Program-made: the position numbers and the translations under genes
NCBI GenBank assembly: GCA_045601925.1
Contig: JAZSAP010000092.1
Location: 1,723-65,722, forward strand
DNA length: 64,000 nucleotides
Direction: 5' to 3'
Source: Lawsonibacter sp.
GTDB taxonomy: Bacteria; Bacillota; Clostridia; Oscillospirales; Oscillospiraceae
The notes under the pieces: model-generated
Seen by the model: the letters and a program-made list of their open reading frames with translations, nothing else
What the model was told of the DNA's origin: nothing
The model's database searches: none
Shown: positions 31,958 to 41,650 of the stretch, in pieces
Position numbering within the stretch: the stretch's first letter is position 1
Layout of the letters: each line of letters starts with the position of its first letter

Positions 31958-32970
31958 TACACGCTCAGCACCTTGGCCGCGTCACCAAACAACTTGGCAA
32001 AACCGCTGATGCTGGTAATGGCGGCACGCTCCAGCTGACGGTCGATGAGCTTGTCGTACTCGATCATCACGTCACTGCCCTGCACCATCTCCAGCGCATA
32101 GTTGCGGTCCAAACCAATGATGGTGTTGGCGGGCAGGGCGCTGGTGCGCAGTAGGGTGGCACCCAGAGGGGTGGTCAGCTTGCCGGTGCCCTGGAAATTC
32201 AGGCCGGTGGCAGGATTCTGGAATTCAGGCAGCTTGAGCATCTTGACCATCATGTCGTTGCTCACCAGCAGGGTGTTCATCTCATAGGGATCAAACTTGG
32301 CCCAAAAATCCACCAGATCCTCGTAAGTCAGCACGCCCTCACCGGCAGCCTGATACACCTGGGCGGGATTGTTGTTGCCGTCGCCGTTCATCAGCACGTC
32401 AATGGCATCCTCCATGTGCATGCGGTTGATGTGTGCGCCGATCTGACGCAGGGTAACGGAAAACAGATCCAGCTTCTGGTGACGAATGGCCTCGTAGGAA
32501 GCCACCAGCATGCGGCCGCGCTTGTGCAGCTGCACCAGATTGTCCTGCACCTTCACCGTGGTGCTGGGAATGGCCGCACCCTCCTCCACACGGCGCAGCT
32601 TCTTGGCATCATCGCCAGTCTGGGTGGTGATGGAGCGGTAATCCATGCCGTCAAAACGGGTCACCGCGGCAGTAATGGCGGGCAGCATGTTCTGCTCCTC
32701 CATGCCCTGTCGCACCGCACGGGCAATGTACTCGGGGAACAGCACGGCAGAGTCGGCGCTGCGGAAAAACTTCTCCACCACGTCGCTACCCGCGCCCTTC
32801 ACCTTAATGTCAAAACGCTTGAGCTGGCGCTGGAAGGCGTCCATACCCTCCATGGCCGTGCCCTTGTACTGCTGGTCGGGGTCCATGCTCTCCAGCACCT
32901 GGGTAAAACTCTTGCCCGCCTCATGATACATGCCCTTGTCCAGCTTCAGATTGTCAAACTGATAAGCCAT
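31957..32970 (-). CDS. Major capsid protein (HK97-like)
   Basis: About 337 aa, VLFPEYI, VEEGAAIP, LHKRGRML.ASYEAIR and LMNGDG. Alternative start at 32979. Confidence 0.85.
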   Translation of the reverse strand: MAYQFDNLKLDKGMYHEAGKSFTQVLESMDPDQQYKGTAMEGMDAFQRQLKRFDIKVKGAGSDVVEKFFRSADSAVLFPEYIARAVRQGMEEQNMLPAITAAVTRFDGMDYRSITTQTGDDAKKLRRVEEGAAIPSTTVKVQDNLVQLHKRGRMLVASYEAIRHQKLDLFSVTLRQIGAHINRMHMEDAIDVLMNGDGNNNPAQVYQAAGEGVLTYEDLVDFWAKFDPYEMNTLLVSNDMMVKMLKLPEFQNPATGLNFQGTGKLTTPLGATLLRTSALPANTIIGLDRNYALEMVQGSDVMIEYDKLIDRQLERAAITSISGFAKLFGDAAKVLSV

Positions 32971-32990
32971 CTTTACCATTCCTTCCTTTC

Positions 32991-33329
32991 TTACAGGCAG
33001 ATAACGGCCTTGCCGTCCTGCTCCACCTGAACCACCAGTGCCTGCACGCCGTCCTCGGCAGCCTGTACGCCGCCCTTGCCGTCGGCAGCCAGCTTCACAT
33101 GGCCCAGACCCACCTGACCGGTGATATTCACCTGCATAAAGCCGCCCACCTGCACCGCCACGGCGCCCTTTCGTACCTGACCGGCCACACCGCAGAAGGC
33201 GTCACCCTGCTCGCAGGGGCCCACCGTGCCGTTGGCGGTCATCTTGACCACCTGACCATCCTCCACGCCCTGGTCGGCGTAAAAGGTGGCCATCACATTG
33301 CCAATGTCGTCAAACGAGATTTTGTTCAT
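32991..33329 (-). CDS. Putative capsid decoration/cement protein
   Basis: 112 aa Gly/Val-rich beta protein between the protease and the capsid gene. Confidence 0.55.
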   Translation of the reverse strand: MNKISFDDIGNVMATFYADQGVEDGQVVKMTANGTVGPCEQGDAFCGVAGQVRKGAVAVQVGGFMQVNITGQVGLGHVKLAADGKGGVQAAEDGVQALVVQVEQDGKAVICL

Positions 33330-33385
33330 CCTTGCTCCTCCTGAATGTTATTTATCCAAAAGCGGTCGTCCCGCCGGGATACGAA

Positions 33386-34306
33386 TCAAATCAGAAACGC
33401 CCCGTCACCTTCAGGCTGTTCCTGTCCCTTTACGCTGTGGTCCAGCTGTGTCATCAGCGGGAAGCGCTTTGCCGCCTTGTCCGCATAAACGCGCCGCAGT
33501 TCCAGCAGTTCCGCCTCACCCAGCTTCTCGGCAATGCGCTCCATCGTCCCATGGTCCACACCCTCGCCGGTCAAACCGTTCAAGCGAACGACCTCATTGC
33601 GCAGTGCCGACAGATACCGTCTGCCCAGCTCCGCCTGCTTTTCCAGCAGTTCCACCTCATGACCCCAGCCTTCCTGCCCGGCCAGTTCCTTCATGGCGTG
33701 GTAACCCTTGTGCTTCAATACTCCCGCCTTGGGCTGGGCCGGCACCGCCACAAAGGACCACTCAAAGGCATCCGCCGCCCCCTGCAGGCTGGTGTAACAC
33801 AGCTTGCCATCGTAAACCTCGCCCTTTCGGTGGGCGCAGCTGCTCGCCTGCTTTCCGCACACGGAGCATACCGCCTTCTTGACCGCGCAGCCAACGCTGA
33901 CTTCCCGCAGAATGCCGCCCTCCAGCTGGGCGATCAATTCCTCGTTGCCCGATGTGCGCAGTATATAGGCATACCCCTTCACAAAGCAGCCCGCATCCCC
34001 CGCCGCTGTCACCACACCGGGTTCCTCCACCACCTCGGTGCGGTACAGCCGGGCCGTCTGACCTGCCGCCGTCCACTGGTGGTCAAAAATGCCCGTCTTG
34101 CCCACAAACAGCTGGGCCAGTTCCTCCAGCGTGCCTCGTTCAAACCGCTCGCCATCCCGGTCGATCTCGTTGTCACACAGCCGCACCGCAAAGGTATACA
34201 CCTCCTGGGCCGTCAGCTGTTTTCTGCTGAACCGGTTGATCAGTTCCAGCTCCCCGCTGTCCGGCTCAACCTGCGCCGTACAGCCAACCTGCTTTTTGAC
34301 GTTCAT
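33386..34306 (-). CDS. Prohead protease/scaffold protein
   Basis: DNEIDRDGERF, IFDH, EVSVG, EWSFVAVPAQP, and a helical C-terminal scaffold region. Confidence 0.75.
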   Translation of the reverse strand: MNVKKQVGCTAQVEPDSGELELINRFSRKQLTAQEVYTFAVRLCDNEIDRDGERFERGTLEELAQLFVGKTGIFDHQWTAAGQTARLYRTEVVEEPGVVTAAGDAGCFVKGYAYILRTSGNEELIAQLEGGILREVSVGCAVKKAVCSVCGKQASSCAHRKGEVYDGKLCYTSLQGAADAFEWSFVAVPAQPKAGVLKHKGYHAMKELAGQEGWGHEVELLEKQAELGRRYLSALRNEVVRLNGLTGEGVDHGTMERIAEKLGEAELLELRRVYADKAAKRFPLMTQLDHSVKGQEQPEGDGAFLI

Positions 34307-35448
34307 ACTTCCTCCACGTCCCCTTTCAGATTTTCAGCCTGCCGGCGGTACAGCTCCGCCCTGGCCTGCTCTACCTCATCCTGCAGCTTGATCTGGCTCC
34401 AGTTGACCTTCACACTGCCGCCAAAGCCGTTCAGCCGCAGCCAAATCTCGCAAATGCGCTCCACCACCGGTTCCAGACTTCTTCGAATGGCCCCGATCTC
34501 GCTGGTCATCAGATCCGCCTGCTGGCTGCTCATGCGCTCGGTGCTGGACCAGGAAAGGCCCAGCATAAAGGGCGGAATACCGGTCCGCGCGATCAGCTGC
34601 TCCAAAATCTGCCGCACTGGCACCTCACTGTCCAGCACCTGATTGTCCGCACCGATCACCCGGATGTCCACATCGCCCATAGCCACAAAATCCCGCACAC
34701 TGCCCTGGCTGGTGGCCTGCATGGCCCGGCTCCACTCCTGGGCCACCTGCTGGCACCGCTCCCGGGCGTACAGCTCGTCCCCCTCACCGTTTTTGCACAC
34801 CACGGCAAAGCGCACGTTGCCCACCCGCTCCCAGTTCAACCCAATGGCCTGATAAATTTTCATCAAAATCTCGGTCATAAAGGGCATAGACCGCAGCAGT
34901 GACACGCCATAGGGGTTGCCCACCTCAGGCTGGAACGGGGTAAACAGCAGCAGGTCCTGACAGGGGAACGGCTCCGGCTTCCCCGTACCCGAAGCGCACA
35001 GTTCAAAGTCCAACGGCGACTGCCCCTGACGAATGACCACCGCCGCCGGGTCGCACCATAAAAGGGCGGCCACATCCCGTCCCTGCCGGTCGGGCACGAT
35101 CTCGCCCACCGCTCTGCCGCAAGTGAGCATGCTGTCTAAATACCCGTCCAGGAACGCCTGCAGGCCGCGCTGTCCCCGCCCTGCGGGCACCGTCTTCAAG
35201 AACTGTTCCAGCCCCTCTTGGGCCCGGGCATCCTCGGTCTCCACCTCCACGCCGCCGCACAGGCGGATCAGCTTCAGGATGGCCGCATCCACAATGGGCA
35301 CCGCCTCCCGGATGGCTCGATACAGTCTGCTGTCCGCCTCCTGCAGGGGCACATAACGTTCCAACGCACCAAATGGATGATGCGGGTTGCTCCGAACCTG
35401 CACCGCCGTCCCCTGCACCTGAGGCTGTTTCTTCTGAAATAATTTCAT
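34303..35448 (-). CDS. Phage portal protein
   Basis: Follows the terminase. LYRAIREAVPIVDAAI, PYGVSLL and TGIPPFMLG. Confidence 0.85.
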   Translation of the reverse strand: MKLFQKKQPQVQGTAVQVRSNPHHPFGALERYVPLQEADSRLYRAIREAVPIVDAAILKLIRLCGGVEVETEDARAQEGLEQFLKTVPAGRGQRGLQAFLDGYLDSMLTCGRAVGEIVPDRQGRDVAALLWCDPAAVVIRQGQSPLDFELCASGTGKPEPFPCQDLLLFTPFQPEVGNPYGVSLLRSMPFMTEILMKIYQAIGLNWERVGNVRFAVVCKNGEGDELYARERCQQVAQEWSRAMQATSQGSVRDFVAMGDVDIRVIGADNQVLDSEVPVRQILEQLIARTGIPPFMLGLSWSSTERMSSQQADLMTSEIGAIRRSLEPVVERICEIWLRLNGFGGSVKVNWSQIKLQDEVEQARAELYRRQAENLKGDVEEV

Positions 35449-35462
35449 CCGCTCGCTCCTTT

Positions 35463-36761
35463 TCACATTCTGCTTCGCCGGCTCACACTTCCGGCAAATA
35501 CAGGCGGCTGCGCCCCCTGTCCCTCAACGATCGTGGCTGCAAAATACCGGATGTCGTCCATGGCGTGGTCGTCCTGCTTGCGCACCCGGTCCCCCGTCCC
35601 ATCCTCTTCCCAGCGGTAAAGTCCAAACTCCCGTATGGCATCATCACACCCCCGGCAGATGACCAGTTTTCCGCACCGAAGCAGCTCCGCCGTGATCCGC
35701 ACGCCGCTGAGCACATCATTTTTTGCTTTCATTACCCGCCATCCGGCCCGGCGCAGCACTTCAATAAAGCTGGCCGCCGACGGATCCACAACCACCCGCC
35801 AGATAGCCCGGCCTGCTGCCAACGCCGCCAGCTTTTGGGCATACTCCCCGTCGGTCATCTGCCGCCCGACCAGCTTGGAGTCGTAGTAATATTCCTTCAC
35901 CCGATACCACACCCCATCCCGCAGGCCCCACAGCCCGAAAGACGCCGGATTCACCGTGCCGTAGTCGCAGGAGATACACCATCGCTCCATCTCCCCCTCC
36001 GGCGGTTCAGGGCAGCTCTCTTCTCGGAAAAAGTCGTAGACCAGCCCCTCCGCCGCAACCCATTCGCCCAGCACGAACCTGCGGTAAAAGGTTCCTTTGA
36101 ACATCTGCTCATACCGCTTGCGCACCTTGTCGGACAGGGATGGATTGTCCTTCATCGTAAAATGCAGATACAGGGCATTTCGCTCCTGCGCCCTGCAGAT
36201 CCACTCCTTGTAAAACCAGTGCTGGGGACCCTCCGGATTGCAGGAAAACCACACCTTCGCCCCCTCTACCGAGCAACGGGCGCAGGCCTGCTCCACGAAG
36301 GAGCGCGGCATCAGCACCACCTCGTCCAGCAGCACCCCCGCCAGGGTCAAACCCTGTATCAGGTCGGCGCTGCTCTCGTCCTTGCCGCCAAACAGATAAA
36401 AGATGTTCTGTCTCTCCCCAAGCGACACGTTCAGCTGATTTCGGCTGAGCAGCTGTTCGCACTCAAATCCCCTCTGCCGCAGGACCGGCAGCAGCTCCCG
36501 CAGCAGATTGCGCCGCACCGACTCAATGGTCTTGCCGCACAGGGCAAATGCCTGCCCGTCAAACCGCGCCATGGCCCAGTCAAAAAAGGACAACCCCATA
36601 CAAATGGTCTTTCCGCTTCGCACCGCACCGTCACAGATCAGCGCGTCCCAACCCCGCCGGCTTCTCCACCAGCTCATCACCCGCTTCTGCTTTGGGGAAA
36701 GCTCGCTGAATTTCCCGCCCTGGGTCTGTTCGCGATTTAAGCCCTTCGCGCCCTTTCCCAT
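35463..36761 (-). CDS. Terminase large subunit (PBSX XtmB family)
   Basis: Walker A DGAVRSGKT, Walker B VLLDE, CNPEGPQHW, and nuclease motifs SCDYG and DDHAMDDIRY. Confidence 0.93.
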   Translation of the reverse strand: MGKGAKGLNREQTQGGKFSELSPKQKRVMSWWRSRRGWDALICDGAVRSGKTICMGLSFFDWAMARFDGQAFALCGKTIESVRRNLLRELLPVLRQRGFECEQLLSRNQLNVSLGERQNIFYLFGGKDESSADLIQGLTLAGVLLDEVVLMPRSFVEQACARCSVEGAKVWFSCNPEGPQHWFYKEWICRAQERNALYLHFTMKDNPSLSDKVRKRYEQMFKGTFYRRFVLGEWVAAEGLVYDFFREESCPEPPEGEMERWCISCDYGTVNPASFGLWGLRDGVWYRVKEYYYDSKLVGRQMTDGEYAQKLAALAAGRAIWRVVVDPSAASFIEVLRRAGWRVMKAKNDVLSGVRITAELLRCGKLVICRGCDDAIREFGLYRWEEDGTGDRVRKQDDHAMDDIRYFAATIVEGQGAQPPVFAGSVSRRSRM

Positions 36762-36860
36762 AAATTCACCTCACACAAGTGGTAAAATCTCGGCAAAAGT
36801 TGTACGTTCGCGTCCCCATAAGCAAAAAGTTTTTCAAAAAATTTTTCCTCCGCCCTCTGC

Positions 36861-36890
36861 GTATAGTCCGTCTGCACCATTCACATCCTT
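36861..36890 (+). promoter_or_regulatory. Possible forespore sigma-G/F type promoter of dacF
   Basis: GTATA-18 nt-CATCCTT resembles the sigma-G consensus GHATA-N18-CATAHTA. Confidence 0.4.
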
Positions 36891-36922
36891 TCAGCAGAAT
36901 AAAATCGTTTGGAGGAACACCC

Positions 36923-38047
36923 ATGAAACGCATCCTGTCCGCCCTTTTGCTTCTTGCCCTGCTCATCTCCCCGGCCTCTGCCGCCCCAAAGATCGACGCC
37001 CCCGCCGCTCTGCTCATGGAAAAGCAGACCGGCACCGTGCTGCACGAAACCAACTCCCACGACCGCCGCTCCCCGGCCAGCGTCACCAAAGTCATGACCC
37101 TCCTGCTCATCATGGAGGCGCTGGAGCAGGGCCGCATCGCCCCGGAAACCCTGGTGTCCGTCTCCGCCACCGCCGCCAGTATGGGCGGCTCACAGGTCTA
37201 CCTTGCCGAGGGGGAGCAACTGTCCGTCCACGAAATGCTCAAATCCATCGCCGTTTCCTCTGCCAATGACGCCTGCGTCGCCATGGCCGAGCATCTCTGC
37301 GGCAGCGAGGAAAGCTTCGTAGAACAAATGAACACCCGGGCGTCCCAGCTCGGCATGACAGATACCCACTTTTCAAACTGCACCGGTCTGCCCGCAGACG
37401 ACCACTACTCCAGCGCCCACGACATCGCCCTCATGTCCCGTCAGCTCATCCTGAACCACCCGGACATCCGCACCTATACCACCATCTGGATGGACTCCAT
37501 CCGTGACGGCGCCTTCGGCCTTTCCAACACCAACCGCCTCATCCGCTTTTACCCCGGCGCCACCGGTCTGAAAACCGGCTTCACCGACACCGCCCTGTAC
37601 TGCCTGTCCGCCACCGCCGAGCGGGATGGCATGGAGCTCATCGCCGTGGTGCTGGGCGCCGCCACTTCCGAGGCCCGCTTCGAAACCGCCAAATCCCTGC
37701 TGGATCACGGGTTTTCCAACTACGCCCTCACCGACGTCTATCCGGACTCCCCTCTGTCTCCCATCCCCGTCCTGCTGGGTCAAAGCGACCACGTCCAGCC
37801 CCAGCTGGCGCGGGACTGCCGCCTGCTCCTGCCCCGAAGCAGCACCGGAACCGTCACCACCGAACTGACTCTAGCGCAGGACGTTCAGGCCCCTGTGGAG
37901 GCCGGCCAGCAACTTGGCTCCATGCGCGTGCTGGTGGACGGCCAGCTCCTGGACACCGTCCCCATCGTGGCCTCCGCCGCCGTGGACCGTCTCACCTTTT
38001 CCTCCATCCTCTCACAACTACTCCACCGTCTTTTCATGGCCGGTTAA
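36923..38047 (+). CDS. dacF: D-alanyl-D-alanine carboxypeptidase (DacF-like)
   Basis: Signal peptide, PASVTK (SxxK), SAN, LKTGFT, NCTGL, and a PBP5 C-terminal domain. Confidence 0.8.
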   Translation: MKRILSALLLLALLISPASAAPKIDAPAALLMEKQTGTVLHETNSHDRRSPASVTKVMTLLLIMEALEQGRIAPETLVSVSATAASMGGSQVYLAEGEQLSVHEMLKSIAVSSANDACVAMAEHLCGSEESFVEQMNTRASQLGMTDTHFSNCTGLPADDHYSSAHDIALMSRQLILNHPDIRTYTTIWMDSIRDGAFGLSNTNRLIRFYPGATGLKTGFTDTALYCLSATAERDGMELIAVVLGAATSEARFETAKSLLDHGFSNYALTDVYPDSPLSPIPVLLGQSDHVQPQLARDCRLLLPRSSTGTVTTELTLAQDVQAPVEAGQQLGSMRVLVDGQLLDTVPIVASAAVDRLTFSSILSQLLHRLFMAG

Positions 38048-38054
38048 ACGTAAC

Positions 38055-38327
38055 AGCGGCCGGGTCCACCCCGGCCGCCCGTCTTGTCAGAAAATCTCCC
38101 CTTACCGAACGCAGTACAGCGTGGGCGAGGGAGCTTGAGGGGGCGGCAGCCCACCTCAAATTGAATCAAATGCCCCGCAGCACCTTGCCCGTCAAGGCGC
38201 TGCGGCGCGCCAAGCAAGGACTTTCCCGCCCTTTGGTGGCGGGAAAGTAACGGCATTGCTCAGGCTTTCAAAGTAGTTCGGCCCGGACTATTTTGAAAGC
38301 CTGAGCGGCCGGGTCCCCCCCGGCCGC
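38055..38327. repeat. MITE-like palindromic element bounded by 24 bp direct repeats
   Basis: agcggccgggtcc(a/c)ccccggccgc at 38055 and 38304 (23/24 identical). Internal hairpins actttcccgcc/ggcgggaaagt and gctcaggctttcaaa/tttgaaagcctgagc. Confidence 0.6.
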
Positions 38328-38382
38328 TGCCCGCTTATTTCTCAAAATCAGTAAATACTTATAAAAACTTATAAATCTGCAC

Positions 38383-38411
38383 TTGACGGCGCTCCACCGC
38401 GGTTGTATAAT
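38383..38411 (+). promoter_or_regulatory. Sigma-A promoter of glgBCDA
   Basis: TTGACG-17 nt-TATAAT. Confidence 0.75.
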
Positions 38412-38502
38412 TTATATAAATTGGAGTCGTATTTTTCGACACAATATTGTAATTTCTAACAGTACCATTTTCAAACACTTTTCCCGTCTTTTAGGAGTAT
38501 TT

Positions 38503-40431
38503 ATGGCAAAATCAAAGGATAAAATGACATCATACGACCTCTACCTGGGTTTGGAGGCTTTTTCCGAGGGCCGGGCCACCCGGGCCTGGCGCTATTTTGG
38601 CGCTCATCCACACACACAGTCGGGGCAGGCCGGGTTCTTTTTCCGTGTTTGGGCCCCCAATGCGCGACAGGTATCCGTCTTCGGCCCCTTCAACGGCTGG
38701 GACCCCCGCTCCCACCCCCTGACGCGGGTGGAGGGCGGCATTTGGGAGGGGTTCCTCCCGGGCCTTGTCCCCGGGGACGCCTATCAGTACGCTGTTTGGT
38801 CCTCCGATGACCATTACATCGGTAAGGCGGACCCCTATGCCTTCCGCTCCGCCCTCCGGCCGGACACTGCCAGCGTCCTGTGTGACCTCTCCGGCTACCA
38901 ATGGGGGGATGGGGCCTGGCTCCGGCACCGCAAAAAGAACCCGCCCTACCACCGCCCTGTGAATATTTATGAGGTCCATTTGGGTTCCTGGCGCCGCACC
39001 GGCGAGGGCGACTTTTTAACCTACCGTGACATCGCCCACTATCTCGTCCCGTACGTGAAAGAGATGGGCTATACCCACGTGGAATTTCTCCCGGTCATGG
39101 AGCATCCGCTGGATATGTCCTGGGGTTACCAATGTACCGGCTACTTTTCCGCCACCAGCCGGTTCGGCACCCCCCACGATCTGATGTACCTCATCGACCA
39201 GCTTCATCAGGCCGGCGTGGGTGTCATCCTGGACTGGGTCCCGGCCCACTTCCCCCGGGACGCCTTCGGCCTTTACCACTTCGACGGCACTCCCACCTAC
39301 GAATATGCCGACGTGCGGAAAGGCGAACACCCGGAATGGGGCACCAACTGCTTCGACCTTGGCCGCAACGAGGTGCGCTCCTTCCTCTTCTCCTCCGCCA
39401 TGTTCTGGCTGGAGCAGTACCACGCCGACGGCCTGCGCGTAGACGCCGTGTCCTCCATGCTCTATCTGGACTACGGACGGCAGGACGGCCAGTGGATGCC
39501 CAACGTCCACGGCGGCCACGAAAATCTAGAGGCTGTGGACTTCCTCCAAAAGCTAAACACCGCCATCTTCGCCGACCACCCGGACGTGCTCATGATCGCG
39601 GAGGAGGCCACTGCCTGGCCCAAAGTGACCCACCCCGTGGACCAGGGCGGCCTGGGCTTTAACTTCAAGTGGAATATGGGCTGGATGAACGATGCCTGCC
39701 ACTACCTGAAGATGGACCCAATCTACCGCCAATACCACCACACGGACCTGACCTTCTCCCTGATGTACGCCTTCTCGGAAAACTATATCCTGCCCATCTC
39801 CCATGACGAGGTGGTGCATATGAAAGGCTCTCTCATTGGCAAAATGCCCGGGGACGACTGGCTGAAATTCGCCGGCGTGCGCGCTTTCTACTCCTATATG
39901 CTCGCCCACCCGGGCAAAAAACTCATGATCATGGGTAGCGAGCTGGGCCAGTTCAACGAATGGCACTACGAGTATTCTTTGGACTGGCACCTGCTGGACT
40001 ACGAACCCCACCAAAAAATCCACGAATTTTTCAAATCCGCCAACCAGCTGTACCTGGAGCAGCCCGCCTTGTGGCAGCGGGACCAGGACTGGGCCGGCTT
40101 TGAATGGCTGGAAGCGGACGACGCCCCCGGCAACATCGTGTCCTTCCTCCGCCGGGATAAGGCCGGCAATGCCCTGGTGGTGGTGTGTAACTTCTCCCCC
40201 GTCCCCCGCCCGGGCTACCGCGTGGGCCTGCCCTACCCGGGCACCTACGGCCTGCTGTTCAACTCCAACTGGTCCCAGTTCGGCGGCAGCGACCCCGGCA
40301 ACGGGATCACCCTCCCTTCTCAACCGATCCCCTGGCAGAATCAAGCCCAGTCCCTTCAGTTCGACCTGCCTGCCATGTCCTGCATGATCTTCCGCTGTAC
40401 CCGTAAAGCCCCCGTAAAAAAGAAAGCTTGA
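38503..40431 (+). CDS. glgB: 1,4-alpha-glucan branching enzyme
   Basis: [35 protein letters not shown] and SHDEVVH. Confidence 0.97.
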   Translation: MAKSKDKMTSYDLYLGLEAFSEGRATRAWRYFGAHPHTQSGQAGFFFRVWAPNARQVSVFGPFNGWDPRSHPLTRVEGGIWEGFLPGLVPGDAYQYAVWSSDDHYIGKADPYAFRSALRPDTASVLCDLSGYQWGDGAWLRHRKKNPPYHRPVNIYEVHLGSWRRTGEGDFLTYRDIAHYLVPYVKEMGYTHVEFLPVMEHPLDMSWGYQCTGYFSATSRFGTPHDLMYLIDQLHQAGVGVILDWVPAHFPRDAFGLYHFDGTPTYEYADVRKGEHPEWGTNCFDLGRNEVRSFLFSSAMFWLEQYHADGLRVDAVSSMLYLDYGRQDGQWMPNVHGGHENLEAVDFLQKLNTAIFADHPDVLMIAEEATAWPKVTHPVDQGGLGFNFKWNMGWMNDACHYLKMDPIYRQYHHTDLTFSLMYAFSENYILPISHDEVVHMKGSLIGKMPGDDWLKFAGVRAFYSYMLAHPGKKLMIMGSELGQFNEWHYEYSLDWHLLDYEPHQKIHEFFKSANQLYLEQPALWQRDQDWAGFEWLEADDAPGNIVSFLRRDKAGNALVVVCNFSPVPRPGYRVGLPYPGTYGLLFNSNWSQFGGSDPGNGITLPSQPIPWQNQAQSLQFDLPAMSCMIFRCTRKAPVKKKA

Positions 40432-40441
40432 GGTGACCGAA

Positions 40442-41650
40442 ATGAAAAAAGAATGTGTCGCTATGCTGTTGGCCGGCGGTCAGGGCAGCCGTCTGTACGC
40501 CCTGACCAGCCACGTGGCCAAACCCGCCGTCCCCTTCGGCGGTAAGTACCGCATCATCGACTTCCCCCTGTCCAACTGCATCAACTCGGGCATTGATACC
40601 GTGGGTGTCCTCACCCAGTACCGCCCCCTGGAGCTCAACAGCTACATCGGCTCCGGTCAGCCCTGGGACCTTGACCGGTCCGACGGCGGCGTACATATCC
40701 TGCCCCCTTATATGCGTGAGGGGGACCAGGGCACCTGGTACAAGGGCACCGCCAACGCCATCTACCAAAACAACGGTTTCCTCGATATGTACGACCCGGA
40801 GTACGTGGTCATCCTCTCCGGCGACCACATCTATAAGATGGACTACTCCAAAATGGTGGACCACCACAAAAAAGTCGGCGCCGCCTGTACCATCTCCGTG
40901 CTGGAAGTCACCATGGAAGAGGCCACCCGCTTCGGCATCATGAACGTGGACGCCGAGGACCGCATCTTCGAGTTCGAGGAAAAACCCGCCCACCCCCAGG
41001 GCAACCTGGCCTCCATGGGCATCTATGTCTTCACCTGGTCCAAGCTGCGCCAGTACCTCATCGCGGACGAGGCGGACCCCGCCTCCGCCAACGACTTCGG
41101 CAAAAACATCATCCCCAATATGCTTGCCGCCGGCGAAATTATGTCCGCCTATCGCTTCCGCGGCTACTGGAAGGACGTGGGCACCATCGACTCCCTGTGG
41201 GATGCCAACATGGATATGCTGGCCCCCCGCACCAGTATCGACCTGAAGGACCCCACCTTCCCCATCTACGCCCGCACCCCCATCCGCCCCCCTCACTTCA
41301 CCGGTCCCAACGCCGTCATCTCCCACAGTCTGGTCACCGAGGGGTCGGAGGTTTACGGTACCGTTGAAAACTCCGTCCTGTTCCACTCCGTCACCGTGGA
41401 GGAGGGAGCCTGCATCCGCTATTCCATCCTCATGCCCGGCGCCACCGTCAAGGCAGGGGCAACGGTTGAATACGCCATCATCGCGGAAAACGCCGTCATC
41501 GAACCCGGCGCCACCGTGGGAACTCCCCCGGATGCCAGCCCCGATTGGGGCGTGGCCGTGGTGGCCTCCGGTATCACCATCGGGGAAAACGCCACCGTTT
41601 CTGCCAATGCCATGATTCGTGAAGACGTGAAAGGAGGCGAGCACGCATGA
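40442..41650 (+). CDS. glgC: Glucose-1-phosphate adenylyltransferase
   Basis: [38 protein letters not shown] and FEEKP. Confidence 0.97.
   Translation: MKKECVAMLLAGGQGSRLYALTSHVAKPAVPFGGKYRIIDFPLSNCINSGIDTVGVLTQYRPLELNSYIGSGQPWDLDRSDGGVHILPPYMREGDQGTWYKGTANAIYQNNGFLDMYDPEYVVILSGDHIYKMDYSKMVDHHKKVGAACTISVLEVTMEEATRFGIMNVDAEDRIFEFEEKPAHPQGNLASMGIYVFTWSKLRQYLIADEADPASANDFGKNIIPNMLAAGEIMSAYRFRGYWKDVGTIDSLWDANMDMLAPRTSIDLKDPTFPIYARTPIRPPHFTGPNAVISHSLVTEGSEVYGTVENSVLFHSVTVEEGACIRYSILMPGATVKAGATVEYAIIAENAVIEPGATVGTPPDASPDWGVAVVASGITIGENATVSANAMIREDVKGGEHA

Larger units (their letters stand above)
24321..36761 (-). other. Phage-derived structural operon (head plus contractile tail): candidate gene transfer agent or domesticated PBSX-like element
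   Basis: About 18 co-oriented, mostly overlapping ORFs in myovirus order from terminase to baseplate. No integrase, replication, lysis or fibre genes. Flanked directly by hemW and dacF. Confidence 0.85.

Noticed and set aside
24321-36761. Interpretation as a complete inducible prophage, or as a tailocin/eCIS
   Set aside because: No integrase, repressor, replication or lysis genes and no att repeats are visible, which argues against a complete prophage. Capsid, portal and terminase are present, which tailocins and eCIS lack.
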